Shown here piece by piece: positions 16,363 to 26,549 of a stretch of 64,000 bases of DNA. The notes under the pieces are model-generated. The model worked only from the letters and a program-made list of their open reading frames with translations, made no database searches and was not told where the DNA came from. Position numbers and translations under genes: made by a program. The stretch is from Clostridiales bacterium. GTDB taxonomy: Bacteria > Bacillota > Clostridia > Oscillospirales > Oscillospiraceae. Positions within the stretch are counted from its first letter, which is position 1; each line of letters begins with the position of its first letter. The stretch is from contig SFHI01000001.1 in NCBI GenBank assembly GCA_004555705.1, positions 131-64,130 on the forward strand. The letters run 5' to 3'.

Positions 16363-17457
16363 TTACAGGTCCAGGCAGGGGGGCAAATACGCGGCTGCGC
16401 CTGTATATTCCCCGATCATCTTCATCTCCGCGTAGGTCTTTTCATTGAGCGGCACCCCATCCCTGCGGACCCGTTCGTGGGCCTCCGCCTCCTTCTCACC
16501 CTGGATGAAGATTCGATCCTGGCCCTCAGCCTTTGCGGAGTCCCGAATCTCCTGCAGAAATCTGCTCAGCGCGTTTTCGATTGCTTCCTTGTCCCCGAAC
16601 ATCCCATAATCCAGCGCGAGGAAGCAGTGGGCGATATTGGCCCGGCCGGGGGTCTTGTAGATGTAGTTTGAGGTGGTCCCTCCGGAGAGAATTGCCGTTG
16701 CGATTTCGCACAGCATCCCGAAGCCGTACCCCTTATACCCGGAGGTTTCGCTGCCGGAACCGCCCAGAGGGAGAATTCCGCCGCCTGTCTTATGGATGAT
16801 ATTGTACAAGATGCGGTCGGGGTCGCTGCAGTCGCGGCCGTTTTCATCCACCGCCCAGCCCAACGGCAGGCCGTTTCCGCGCTTCACGTAAACCTCCAGC
16901 TTTCCCCTGGGGACAACGGTGGTCGCCGCGTCAAAAACAAAGGGCACCGGCTTCGCGGGCATGGCAAAGGCGATGGGATTGGTACCCAGCATGGCCTGAC
17001 GCCCATAGGTGGGCACCATGATGGCCTCGGTGTTGGTCATGGACATTCCAATGAGTCCCTGCTCCGCCGCCATCTTTGCGTAGTAGCCCGCGATTCCGTA
17101 GTGGTTGGAATTCCGGACGGTGACCATGCCGAAACCGCAGCGTTTTGCCTTCCCGATGGCAAGCTCCATGGCCTGGCAGCCGACAAGCTGTCCCATTGCG
17201 TCATGGCCCTCCACAACAGCCGACAGAGGCGTCTCGTGGACGATCTCGGGTTCCGCATCCGGCTGAACCATGCCGTCGGTGATCTCCTTATGATACCGTA
17301 TGAGCCGCTGGATACCATGGGACTCGATGCCGGACAGGTCAGCATCCAGCAGCACATCGGTGATCCGGCTGCTCTTCTCCTCGTCAAAGCCATACCCCCG
17401 GAAAACCTGAACGCAGAACTTTTCCAGTGCGGTATAGTCAACACGATGATACTGCAT
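16363..17457 (-). CDS. Ldh_2 family oxidoreductase (malate/L-sulfolactate/ureidoglycolate/2,3-diketogulonate reductase family)
   Basis: ATG 17457 after GGGAGG; ADLSGIESHG, VRNSNHYG, GTNPIAFA, D-x-ATT, LPLGG..YKGYG. Confidence 0.9.
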   Translation of the reverse strand: MQYHRVDYTALEKFCVQVFRGYGFDEEKSSRITDVLLDADLSGIESHGIQRLIRYHKEITDGMVQPDAEPEIVHETPLSAVVEGHDAMGQLVGCQAMELAIGKAKRCGFGMVTVRNSNHYGIAGYYAKMAAEQGLIGMSMTNTEAIMVPTYGRQAMLGTNPIAFAMPAKPVPFVFDAATTVVPRGKLEVYVKRGNGLPLGWAVDENGRDCSDPDRILYNIIHKTGGGILPLGGSGSETSGYKGYGFGMLCEIATAILSGGTTSNYIYKTPGRANIAHCFLALDYGMFGDKEAIENALSRFLQEIRDSAKAEGQDRIFIQGEKEAEAHERVRRDGVPLNEKTYAEMKMIGEYTGAAAYLPPCLDL

Positions 17458-17503
17458 AATCAATCCTCCCTGGTTACTGCCCAAGAGGCAGGGCGGCGAT
17501 TCC

Positions 17504-18301
17504 TCAGAACCAGTTCTTCGCGTCCCTGCGCTGAATGGGAAGCCAGGCCAGGATCCGCCGAAGCTCATCATCCCAGAAGTCCCAGTTGTGAATTCCCGGC
17601 TGTTCATGATAGACATGCCGGACGCCCAGCTTCTGCAGATGCTTTTCGAAAGCCAGATTGGAGTCGTAGAGGAAATCCTGCCTTCCGATGCACACATAGA
17701 GCTCCGGAAGCGATACGCCCTTTTCCACCGCGGTATCGATCACATGGTACATATCCTCGTCCGTACCGGCCAGCTGCTCATGATCCCGGAACGCCATCGA
17801 CCAGACGGAATCATCGCTGTCCGCTTTGTCCTGCCAGCCGGAGAAATTCGCCGACATGCAGGCCACGGCTCCGTAGAGGTCCGGGCGTGTAAAGCCCAGC
17901 TTGAACGCCCCCGTACCGCCCATGGAGAGGCCGCAGATGAAGTTGTCCTCCCGCTTGTCGGAAATGGGGAACATCCACTGCATCATTTTGGGCAGCTCTT
18001 CCGTGACATAGGTATAATAGGCCGGGCCGCTGCGCGGCATATTGCGGTAGCAGCCGTTTTCCGTATCCATCATCACGACCGCCACATAGTATTCCTGGGC
18101 ATAGCTTTCGATCCGGGAGAAGCGCATATAATCTCCCTCATCTCCATAAGTACCGTGGAGGAGGTAAAGCACCGGGAATTTTTTGTTCTGGTCGTAGAAC
18201 GATCCGTTTTTCTCCCCCGCCAGAGGCGTGGGCAGGATGACCTGGATGCTTGTTTTCGTGTGCAGCGCCTCAGAATAGGTTTTCAGCTGAATAAATGCCA
18301 T
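17504..18301 (-). CDS. Esterase family alpha/beta hydrolase
   Basis: VLYLLHG, GLSMGG nucleophile elbow, GRQDFL, HNWDFW. Confidence 0.88.
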   Translation of the reverse strand: MAFIQLKTYSEALHTKTSIQVILPTPLAGEKNGSFYDQNKKFPVLYLLHGTYGDEGDYMRFSRIESYAQEYYVAVVMMDTENGCYRNMPRSGPAYYTYVTEELPKMMQWMFPISDKREDNFICGLSMGGTGAFKLGFTRPDLYGAVACMSANFSGWQDKADSDDSVWSMAFRDHEQLAGTDEDMYHVIDTAVEKGVSLPELYVCIGRQDFLYDSNLAFEKHLQKLGVRHVYHEQPGIHNWDFWDDELRRILAWLPIQRRDAKNWF

Positions 18302-18339
18302 TTTGAGTTCTCCTTTCCCATGTCCTTACCGCCGGGCAG

Positions 18340-19356
18340 TTACAGCTCCACAACGATTTTACGAACCTCAGCGGGGTGCTCGATGGCGAAGCGGAACGCC
18401 TCCTCCACCCTTTCCACCGGGTAGCGCTGAGTTACAAAATCCGCCAGAAGCTCCGCGTTTTCCTCTACGAGCCGGATCGCGGCAGGGAATTTATTGGCCT
18501 GAAGCCGTGTGCCTACCAGACTGACTTCCTTCCGCATCAGCGTAACATGAGGGATCTCCGATTTGATGGGGCCGAAGCCCAGCTCCACCACGCGGCCTGC
18601 CGGGGACACCAGCTCCACCGCCTGCTCCATGCTCCACTTGGCGCACACACAGTCCAGAACCACGTTGGGCCCCATGCCTCCGGTCAGCTCCAGAACCTTC
18701 TGAGCCATATCCTCCCGGCTGACGTCGATCACATAGTCCGCGCCCAGCTTTTTGGCATATTCCAGCTTCTTCGCCACAATATCCGTGGTGATGCAGATGG
18801 CGCCCTTGGATTTCGCAGCCAACAGGCAGCAAAGGCCGATGGTACCGGAACCCATAATCAGGACAACGTCTCCCTCCTGGACATCCCCACGGGAGGTCGC
18901 CTGGAATCCGATGGTCACAGGCTCGCTGAGCACGGCGCAGTTCCAGGGAATGCTGCTGTCGATCCGGTGGGCCTTGCTCTCGTCCAGAACCAGATACTCC
19001 CTGCAGCCGCCCTCAATATGGACGCCCATAACGCCCAGCTTTTCGCACACATTGTGTCTGCCATGGCGGCAGGCGTAGCATTCTCCGCAGGATACGATGG
19101 GTTCTCCCACCACATGATCTCCCACCCGGAGCTTCGTGACGTCTGAGCCCACCGCCTCAACCTCGCCTGTGAACTCATGTCCAAAAACCCGCGGGTAAGA
19201 GGCAAAGGGATTTTCCCCCTTGTAAATATGGACGTCGGAGCCGCAGATGCCCGTTAGTTTCACATGGACCAGCACCTGGTTCGGCTGTGTGATCTGGGGC
19301 TTCTCCAGCTCCCGCACCTCAATTTCATCTTTTTTCAGAATGACTGCTGCTTTCAT
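18340..19356 (-). CDS. Zn-dependent aldonate dehydrogenase (MDR; RspB/L-gulonate dehydrogenase-like)
   Basis: ATG 19356; GICGSD, GHE, CGECYAC..NVC, GSGTIG. Confidence 0.85.
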   Translation of the reverse strand: MKAAVILKKDEIEVRELEKPQITQPNQVLVHVKLTGICGSDVHIYKGENPFASYPRVFGHEFTGEVEAVGSDVTKLRVGDHVVGEPIVSCGECYACRHGRHNVCEKLGVMGVHIEGGCREYLVLDESKAHRIDSSIPWNCAVLSEPVTIGFQATSRGDVQEGDVVLIMGSGTIGLCCLLAAKSKGAICITTDIVAKKLEYAKKLGADYVIDVSREDMAQKVLELTGGMGPNVVLDCVCAKWSMEQAVELVSPAGRVVELGFGPIKSEIPHVTLMRKEVSLVGTRLQANKFPAAIRLVEENAELLADFVTQRYPVERVEEAFRFAIEHPAEVRKIVVEL

Positions 19357-19370
19357 ATTATCTCCCTGCC

Positions 19371-20450
19371 TTACTTTGACATTTTGCAGATTGCTTCCCA
19401 AAGTCCATTCAGATAGGTCAGGCCCAGGGCCCTGTCGTACAGCCCGTAGCCGGGGCGGCCCACCTCATCCCAGATCATGCGGCCATGATCCGGGCGGACA
19501 TAGGTATCCGGGCAGGTATCATAAACGGCCTTCATGATCTCAAACATATCCAAATCACCCTCGCTGGACAGGTGGGCGGATTCCCGGAAGCGGCGGTCCG
19601 CCCCCAGGTGCTTGATGTTGCGGATGTGCAGGCAGCCGATCCGGTCCATGCTGCCGAAATGGCGGATGATGGCCGGAATGTCGTTCGCCACATTGCTGCC
19701 GAGGCTGCCGGTGCACAGGCACACCGTATTGGCGGGGCTGTCCTTCAGCTTGATGATCTTGTCGAAGCCCTCCTGGTCGTGGGCGATCCGGGGAAGTCCG
19801 AAAATCTTCCAGCCCGGATCATCCGGATGGCAGGCCATACGGATTCCCACCTCCTCGCAGACCGGGATGATTGCCTCCAGGAAATACTGATAGTTTTTCA
19901 GCAGCGCCGCCTCGTCCACGGATTTGTAAAGCTCCATCACCCGCTCAAGGTCCGCCAGACGCTCCGGCTCCCAGCCGGGCAGGGAGAAGCCATTGGAGTT
20001 CTCGGCGGTACGCTTTACGATCTCCACCGGGGTCATGGAGCCCAGCTCCTCCTCGTCGTAATACAGGCTGTTGCTTCCGTCCTCAGGAATGACCCGGGCC
20101 AGGTCCGTGCGCAGCCAATCGAGAACCGGCATAAAGTTATAGACAATTACCTTCACGCCGTATTTGGCCAGATTCCGGATGGTTGTAATGTAATTCTCGA
20201 TATACTGATCTCTGGTCGGCAGACCGAGCTTGATGTCCTCATGGACATTCACACTCTCGATCACTTCACATTCCAGTCCCGCCTCATGAACATGGTCAAT
20301 ATAGGCCTTGATTTCCTCTTCAGGCCAGACTTCGCCCGCCGCCTTGTCGTCCAGCAGGCCCATCAGACCGGTGCAGCCAGGAATCTGCCTGATGTTTTTC
20401 AGTGTGACCGAATCGCGGCCCTCGCCATACCATCTGAATGTTAATTTCAT
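19371..20450 (-). CDS. uxuA: Mannonate dehydratase
   Basis: [34 protein letters not shown]. Confidence 0.95.
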   Translation of the reverse strand: MKLTFRWYGEGRDSVTLKNIRQIPGCTGLMGLLDDKAAGEVWPEEEIKAYIDHVHEAGLECEVIESVNVHEDIKLGLPTRDQYIENYITTIRNLAKYGVKVIVYNFMPVLDWLRTDLARVIPEDGSNSLYYDEEELGSMTPVEIVKRTAENSNGFSLPGWEPERLADLERVMELYKSVDEAALLKNYQYFLEAIIPVCEEVGIRMACHPDDPGWKIFGLPRIAHDQEGFDKIIKLKDSPANTVCLCTGSLGSNVANDIPAIIRHFGSMDRIGCLHIRNIKHLGADRRFRESAHLSSEGDLDMFEIMKAVYDTCPDTYVRPDHGRMIWDEVGRPGYGLYDRALGLTYLNGLWEAICKMSK

Positions 20451-20504
20451 GGACACACTCCTTTTCCGATTCAACTGTATTGAAAAATTTCGGAACGAAT
20501 TTTA

Positions 20505-20534
20505 TTGCAAAATGGCGCTCAGGTATGATATGAT
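20505..20534 (+). promoter_or_regulatory. sigma-A promoter of gntR divergent from uxuA
   Basis: TTGCAA-18 bp-TATGAT with TG extended -10. Confidence 0.6.
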
Positions 20535-20564
20535 GGAAAAAAACAGTGGAAGGTGTTATTCTGA

Positions 20565-21260
20565 ATGCCAAAATTGAATCTCAGTGAAACCGCCTATCAA
20601 GTCCTTCTGTCCCGTATTGTCAGCTGCCAGTATCCTCCCGGATGCCTGCTGAATGAGGAAAAGCTGGTCAGCGAATTGGGAATCAGCCGAACCCCCATCC
20701 GGTCCGCCCTGATCCGGCTTCAGCAGGAGCATCTCGTCCAGATCATCTCCAAGAAAGGGATTCTGGTGACTGAAATCACGCCGAACGGAATCCGGGACCT
20801 GTTCAATCTGCGGGACCTGATCGAGCCCTATGCCATCCGGGAGTTTTCCGGAAACTTCCAGAAAGAAAAGCTGATCTATTATCTGGAGCTTTTTTCCAAG
20901 GATTACCGGATGAACGACTATCAAATCATTTTTGACGCCGACGTTGAGTTTCACACGGAGATCGTCGGGCTCACCGGCAACACGTTCCTGTGCGCGTTTT
21001 ACAATTCCCTGCAGAAGCTGCTTGCCCGCATCACCCTGATCTGCGGCACCTCCGTTGACGATCGTCTTAAGATATCCAACCAGGAGCATACGGAGATTGT
21101 CATGGCTCTTTTGAAGGACGACACGGAAGGGGCCGTCAGAATGCTGCAGGCCCACCTTCGCGAGGCACGGGAATCGGCCTATCAGGCGATTCTCATCAAC
21201 GGAAAAAGCGCCAAGGATATTCCGGAGGGGCTGGAAATCAGCCTGGAACCCTTCACCTGA
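20565..21260 (+). CDS. GntR (FCD) family transcriptional regulator
   Basis: SRTPIRSAL wHTH, DVEFH, EHTEI, HL. Confidence 0.9.
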   Translation: MPKLNLSETAYQVLLSRIVSCQYPPGCLLNEEKLVSELGISRTPIRSALIRLQQEHLVQIISKKGILVTEITPNGIRDLFNLRDLIEPYAIREFSGNFQKEKLIYYLELFSKDYRMNDYQIIFDADVEFHTEIVGLTGNTFLCAFYNSLQKLLARITLICGTSVDDRLKISNQEHTEIVMALLKDDTEGAVRMLQAHLREARESAYQAILINGKSAKDIPEGLEISLEPFT

Positions 21261-21278
21261 GCATAACCATCCAGCAGG

Positions 21279-21310
21279 ACGCCATGCGGCTTATGCCGCA
21301 TGGCGTTTTT
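21279..21310 (+). terminator. Intrinsic terminator between convergent gntR and ABC operon
   Basis: Perfect 12-bp stem ACGCCATGCGGC-TTAT-GCCGCATGGCGT then TTTT. Confidence 0.85.
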
Positions 21311-21315
21311 CCGCG

Positions 21316-22032
21316 TCAGCCTCCCAGATACGCCTTCTTGACCTCCGGGTCCTTCGCCAGGTTTTCGCAGGTGTCCTCCATGACGATCTCACCCGTCTGA
21401 AGCACATAGCCCCGGTCCGCCGTGGAAAGGGCGGCCTTGGAGTTCTGTTCCACCAGGAGGATCGTGGTCCCGTTCTCTCTCAGCTTTCGGATCGCGGCAA
21501 AAATTTCATGGATGACCAGAGGGGCCAGGCCCATGGACGGCTCATCCAGCAGCAGGAGCTTCGGATTGCTGATCATGGCCCGGGCGATGGCCAGCATCTC
21601 CTGCTCGCCGCCGGAAAGCGTTCCTCCCAGGGAGCGCTCCCGTTCCTTCAGCCGGGGAAACAGTTCGAACAGCTCCTCCGTCTGCCGGGCGATTTCCGCC
21701 TTATCCCTGCGCAGATAGGCGCCCATCTGAATGTTTTCCAGAACGGTGAGCTTGGGGAAGATATGTCTCCCCTCCAGAACCTGGGCCATGCCCATGCCTG
21801 TGACATTGTGGCCCTTGGCGCCGGTGATCGGCTTGCCGTCGAACAGCACCTCTCCGCGGATGCCCTTTGCCGGATTCAGTCCGGAGACCGTCCGGAGCAG
21901 GGTCGTCTTTCCGGCGCCGTTGGAGCCGATGAGGGTCACGATCTCGCCCTGCTCAACACGGAGGCTGACGCCCTTGAGGGCATGAACATTTCCGTAAAAA
22001 TAGTGCAGATCCTTTACTTCCAGCAGCGCCAT
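21316..22032 (-). CDS. HAAT/Liv-type ABC transporter ATPase (LivF-like)
   Basis: GSNGAGKT, LSGGEQ, LLLDEPSMGLAP, LLVEQN; ATG 22032 (alternative GTG 22038). Confidence 0.92.
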   Translation of the reverse strand: MALLEVKDLHYFYGNVHALKGVSLRVEQGEIVTLIGSNGAGKTTLLRTVSGLNPAKGIRGEVLFDGKPITGAKGHNVTGMGMAQVLEGRHIFPKLTVLENIQMGAYLRRDKAEIARQTEELFELFPRLKERERSLGGTLSGGEQEMLAIARAMISNPKLLLLDEPSMGLAPLVIHEIFAAIRKLRENGTTILLVEQNSKAALSTADRGYVLQTGEIVMEDTCENLAKDPEVKKAYLGG

Positions 22033-22034
22033 AC

Positions 22035-22787
22035 TCACGCACCTCCCAGATAAGCGGCGATGACCGCGGGATTGTTCTGGACCTCGGCAGGCGTGCCCTC
22101 GGCGATCAGATGCCCGTCGTCCATCACATATACATAATCGGAAATCTCCATGATCACTGCCATGTCATGCTCGATGATCAGCACTGTGATCCCCATCTTT
22201 GTAATGTTCTGAATGATATTGTTCAGAGTCAGCTTTTCCGTGGCGTTCATACCTGCCGCGGGCTCGTCCAGAAGCAGCACCTTGGGCTTTGTGGCCAGGG
22301 CCCGGGCGATCTCGATGAGGCGCTGGTCACCGTAGGCCAGCGCGCCGGCGGGAAGGTCCTTTTTATCGGCCATGCCCACAAGCTCCAGGCATTTGATGCA
22401 CTCCTCCCGGGCCGCCTGCTCCTGACGCCGCATCTTGGGGGTGTGGAACAGAGAGCCGACCAAGCCGTAGGGAATCCGGCAGTGCTGGCCGATCATCACG
22501 TTGTTGAGAACGCTCATGCTCAGGAACAGGTTGATCTGCTGATAGGTTCTGGAAATACCAGCTTCACACAGCTTATAGCCCTTACCGTTGGTAATTTCCT
22601 TGCCCTCAAAGTAGATATGTCCGTCCGGTGTTTTCTGAACACCGTTGATGGTGTTGAACAGCGTTGTCTTTCCGGCGCCGTTGGGGCCGATCAGACCGGT
22701 TACCTTTCCTTTTTCCACGTGCATGGAAACGTCGTTGACGGCCACGACGCCGCCGAAACGAACGGTCACATTTTCAGCTCTTATCAT
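22035..22787 (-). CDS. HAAT/Liv-type ABC transporter ATPase (LivG-like)
   Basis: GPNGAGKT, LAYGDQR, LLDEPAAGM, IEHDM, AYLG. Confidence 0.92.
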   Translation of the reverse strand: MIRAENVTVRFGGVVAVNDVSMHVEKGKVTGLIGPNGAGKTTLFNTINGVQKTPDGHIYFEGKEITNGKGYKLCEAGISRTYQQINLFLSMSVLNNVMIGQHCRIPYGLVGSLFHTPKMRRQEQAAREECIKCLELVGMADKKDLPAGALAYGDQRLIEIARALATKPKVLLLDEPAAGMNATEKLTLNNIIQNITKMGITVLIIEHDMAVIMEISDYVYVMDDGHLIAEGTPAEVQNNPAVIAAYLGGA

Positions 22788-23790
22788 TGCGCGCCGTCTC
22801 CTTTCCTGCCTGATTCTTGTCGATCAGCTTCGCCAGACCGCGTCCGGCCCTTCTGAGGCCGGCCACGCACCCGCCTGGCAGGAACGCGATAAAGACCAGG
22901 ACGATTACGCCGTACAGAACGCTGCGCCAGGCCTGGGCCGAGGCCAGCAGCTCATTGAGAAGCTGATACATAAACGCACCGATCACAGGCCCAAAGACCG
23001 TATTGGTGCCGCCGAAGATGATCATCAGAACGAAGTTGAAGGAAAGCGGCTGTACGAAGCTGTCGGATACGATGAAGCCCGTAAGATGGGCCATATAGGC
23101 TCCGGCAAAGCCGCACAGGAAGGCGCTGATTGCAAAGGCCAGGACCTTGTAATGGCGGACATTGATGCCCATTCCATCCGCGCTGCGGGAATTGTCCCGG
23201 ACCGCCATCATAGCCCGCCCCGCCTTCGACCTGGAAAGCAGCGATTTCAGGACGAGCACGATCACTACAAGGGCGAAGGAGAAATAATAGGTGTACCGGT
23301 AATCGCTGTTCAGGTCCAGGCCGAACAGCATCAGGTGCTGCGTATACATTCCCCGGTAGGGATTCAGGAAATGAAGATTGCAGATCAGCTGGTAGGTAAA
23401 GAAGGCAAAAGCAATCGTTGCCAGAACCAGGAACTGGGCCCGCAGCTTGGCGCAGGGAACCGCGATCAGCATACCGATGCCCGCGGAGGCAAAGGCGGCG
23501 ATGATCATGCAGAGCATTACAGGAATCCCGGTGTAGTTGGACAGAAGCACCGAAATATATCCGCCGTATGCCAGGAAGGCGATATGGCCAAAGGACATCT
23601 GCCCGGACATTCCGACCAGCACATCCAGTCCCGAGGCCGCGATGATGTAAACGCCGATCATGGAGAAAAAGTAAAGCCGGTAGCTGTTGGTAATGAACAG
23701 CGGCAATAACAGCAGCACAACCGCGACAGCCAGGATGGAACACCGGCTGATTTTCTCCTGCGTGGTGTATGTTTTGAATTTAGTTAACAT
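22774..23790 (-). CDS. HAAT ABC permease (LivM-like)
   Basis: ATG 23790 after AGGAGG; GQMSFGH, GRAMMAVRDN, YKVLAF, GG..GPVIGA. Confidence 0.9.
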   Translation of the reverse strand: MLTKFKTYTTQEKISRCSILAVAVVLLLLPLFITNSYRLYFFSMIGVYIIAASGLDVLVGMSGQMSFGHIAFLAYGGYISVLLSNYTGIPVMLCMIIAAFASAGIGMLIAVPCAKLRAQFLVLATIAFAFFTYQLICNLHFLNPYRGMYTQHLMLFGLDLNSDYRYTYYFSFALVVIVLVLKSLLSRSKAGRAMMAVRDNSRSADGMGINVRHYKVLAFAISAFLCGFAGAYMAHLTGFIVSDSFVQPLSFNFVLMIIFGGTNTVFGPVIGAFMYQLLNELLASAQAWRSVLYGVIVLVFIAFLPGGCVAGLRRAGRGLAKLIDKNQAGKETARNDKS

Positions 23791-23803
23791 AACGCCCCTC
23801 CTA

Positions 23804-24679
23804 TTATACATCGCGGATGGACTGCTCGTTAAACAGGCCGGTGGGACGGACGCAGAGCATCAGGAACAGCAGCAGATAGGCCACCATGTCCTTCATGGTG
23901 GAGTTGACATAGCCGCCCACGAAAGATTCCACCATGCCCAGCAGCAGGCCGCCGACCATGGCGCCGTAGATATTGCCGAAGCCGCCGGAAACCGAGCTGG
24001 CCATACCCTTTGTGCCAACCTTGGAGCCCAGGGAAATCGCCGCGCCGTAGATCGGTCCGAGCATCATGCCGCACATGGCAGCCACCGCCGATGCCAGGCC
24101 CCAAACCACCGCGTTGCTCTTCACAACATTGATGCCGCAGGCCTCCGCGGCGACGGCATCGCTGGCACAGGCCCGGGTAGCGATGCCGACCTTTGTCTTG
24201 GTCAGAAACAGGTGGATCAGCAGCATACCGATGGCAGAGAGGAAGAAGCTCAGAATACGCTCCGGAGTGACAAAGGCACCCAGAATATTTACGGTGGAAA
24301 CACTGAAAACAGAAGGGAACTGGATCGGATTCGCTCCGAAAATCAGCTCGCAGCCTCCGTTGAACATCTTGCTGAGTCCCAGCGTGACCAGCACCATATA
24401 GATTCCGGCAACACCCCGGTCAGCGTATTTGGAGATGATCCCCAGCTGAAGCAGAGCGCCGAAGGCAAACATAATGAGCATGGTCAGCGCCAGCGCCAGC
24501 CAGAAGGACAGACCCACCGTCTGGTACAGCGTAACACCGATCAGAGAAGCCAGAGTGATCATTTCACTCTGCGCCAGATTCATAATTCCGGACGCGCGGA
24601 AAATAATGCTGAAGCCAAGGCCGACCATGCCGTAGATAGCGCCCATGACCAGGCCGGCAATAATGATAGAGATAAGCAC
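23804..24679 (-). CDS. HAAT ABC permease (LivH-like)
   Basis: GAIYGMVGLG, G.ATRA, GGFGNIYGAMVGG, RPTGLF. Confidence 0.9.
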   Translation of the reverse strand: MLISIIIAGLVMGAIYGMVGLGFSIIFRASGIMNLAQSEMITLASLIGVTLYQTVGLSFWLALALTMLIMFAFGALLQLGIISKYADRGVAGIYMVLVTLGLSKMFNGGCELIFGANPIQFPSVFSVSTVNILGAFVTPERILSFFLSAIGMLLIHLFLTKTKVGIATRACASDAVAAEACGINVVKSNAVVWGLASAVAAMCGMMLGPIYGAAISLGSKVGTKGMASSVSGGFGNIYGAMVGGLLLGMVESFVGGYVNSTMKDMVAYLLLFLMLCVRPTGLFNEQSIRDV

Positions 24680-24704
24680 GCAAACGCCTCCTTGTGATCT
24701 GATT

Positions 24705-24749
24705 CAGAAAGAAAGAGGATCAGTCCCTTTCGTAGCCCGATCCTCTTTC
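24705..24749 (-). terminator. Hairpin between binding-protein gene and permeases
   Basis: GAAAGAGGATC...GATCCTCTTTC stem followed by TTTC on - strand. Confidence 0.55.
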
Positions 24750-24953
24750 CATTCTGCCTTCCAGAGCAACCCAGTCTCTCAGTTTAGAAAACCTGTCATC
24801 CTGAAATTCGCCCGCTTTAATCGAGGATTCTGTTTTAACCGGGGAATTTCTGTGCCATGGCCGCCAGGGGCGGCTTCAGACACGGAGCGATGTGCGCATC
24901 GGCCCGGAACGGCACGCGCATGATTGACAATCTGAGATCACTTGGTTTCCTGT

Positions 24954-26231
24954 TTATTTTTCGCGGCCGGTATTCTGGAGGTAGGCGTCATAGCCGCCGT
25001 TCTCTTCCCACTTCGCGAAGGTCTTGGAACCGCCGTCACAGTAGATGATGGGGGTAAAGTCGTGGCAGGGCTCCCGGTCTCCCCGGGTGAAATCGATGGT
25101 GCCGCAGCAGCCCTGCAGGTCGCCGATGGTCTGAACCGCCGCCACAAGGGCATCGCTGTCGTGGTTGGTACCCGCGCGGGTGGCCGCCTCAAAGATGATG
25201 AGGGCCGCGTCATGCATACGGTAGGTAATGCCGAGGGTGGGCATCGCGCCGCCGGACTTCTCAGAATACTTCTCCAGGAAGTCCAGAACGTTCTCGGAAG
25301 CACCGGCTTCTCTGGCCGCGTCCAGGCTCTTGTAGGTGGTGTAGGGGACAACACCGATGACGTAGTTGGAGAACTCCTCGCCGCAGACATCCACGTGAGA
25401 GGTCATCCACTCGTCCTTGTTCATGATGAAGCCGTTGTAGCCGTACTCACGCAGCTGCTTGACGAAGTTCACGCCGGCGCCGGAGCAGACAACGTAGACG
25501 ATCTCGGGCTTGGCGTTGACGATCTTCATGCACTGGGCGCTGTAGTCGGTATCCTGGTGGCTGCCGGTCTCGGTTGCCACGATGTCGAAGCCCGCGTCCT
25601 CAAACAGGGGCCGGATATCCTCGTAGTTGGAAACGGAAGCTTCGTCCTGGCCGTAGAAGATGGCAATCTTGCTGTAGCCCATGTCCTTGGCCAGCTGTAC
25701 ATAGGTGGAAGCCGTCATGTTGGCGTTGAAGGAGCCGCGGAAGGAGTAGACCTGATCCTCGGTCACGATGGAGCCGGAAGTACCGGACATCAGGTTGAAG
25801 ATCTTCGCGTCCTCCAGATAGGGATACGCAGCAACCACGTCTGCGGACTGGAAGGAGCCGATGACCGCGTCGCAGCCCTTGCCGATCAGATACTGCACAC
25901 CGGTGACCGCCTCGGAGGGGTTGTTCTGGGTGTCGTAGATGACCCATTCCACTTCTTCGCCGTTGATCTTTCCGCCGTACCGCTCAAGGGCGATCTGGAA
26001 GGCAATGTCTTCCTCGGTGCCCAGAGCCAGGCCGGACAGATAGTTGTAGACACCAATACGGAACACGCCGTCGCCATTGGTGTCACCCGCCGCAGCGGTT
26101 TCCGCAGGCTTGGTGCTTCCGGAATTGCTGTTGCTTGCAGGAGCAGTTGTGCTGGTGCTGGTGTTGCCGGAGCATGCCGCCAACGTCAGGAGCATACACG
26201 CAGCGAGGATGAGTGCAAATAACTTTTTCAT
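24954..26231 (-). CDS. HAAT/LivJ-type ABC substrate-binding lipoprotein
   Basis: ATG 26231 after GGGAGG; LAAC lipobox, S/T linker, RIGV..LSG, GKING, VIGSFQS, YSFR, DYSAQ. Confidence 0.88.
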   Translation of the reverse strand: MKKLFALILAACMLLTLAACSGNTSTSTTAPASNSNSGSTKPAETAAAGDTNGDGVFRIGVYNYLSGLALGTEEDIAFQIALERYGGKINGEEVEWVIYDTQNNPSEAVTGVQYLIGKGCDAVIGSFQSADVVAAYPYLEDAKIFNLMSGTSGSIVTEDQVYSFRGSFNANMTASTYVQLAKDMGYSKIAIFYGQDEASVSNYEDIRPLFEDAGFDIVATETGSHQDTDYSAQCMKIVNAKPEIVYVVCSGAGVNFVKQLREYGYNGFIMNKDEWMTSHVDVCGEEFSNYVIGVVPYTTYKSLDAAREAGASENVLDFLEKYSEKSGGAMPTLGITYRMHDAALIIFEAATRAGTNHDSDALVAAVQTIGDLQGCCGTIDFTRGDREPCHDFTPIIYCDGGSKTFAKWEENGGYDAYLQNTGREK

Positions 26232-26266
26232 AATGACCTCCCATGTTTTTTGATTTTTTGTTTTGC

Positions 26267-26320
26267 TTGTATACATCTTTGCCATGTATACAAGATAACT
26301 CACAAACCCTTTCGTGTCAA
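26267..26320 (-). promoter_or_regulatory. sigma-A promoter of ABC operon with tandem GntR-type operators
   Basis: - strand TTGACA (26320-26315)-17 bp-TATCTT (26297-26292); boxes TTGTATACAT 26267-26276 and ATGTATACAA 26284-26293. Confidence 0.75.
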
Positions 26321-26410
26321 TGCCGCTTTTTCGATAGATTATTTCCCATTTTATTGTGCATTTTCCACAATGTATTTCCAAATTTTCCTGCTGTCGCCCC
26401 GGTGTCAGTC

Positions 26411-26420
26411 TTGTATACAA
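26411..26420. promoter_or_regulatory. Additional palindromic operator TTGTATACAA
   Basis: Perfect palindrome identical to 31616-31625. Confidence 0.65.
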
Positions 26421-26549
26421 CTTTTGAAAAAACGCAGATCAAGCCCGCCCCGACGCGGACCCTTTTTGGGAATTTCCGGCGGAGTCATACTTCATGGATA
26501 CATCTTCCGTTCCCGAATTGTCAAATTGCTCCGATTACAACAGACGGGC

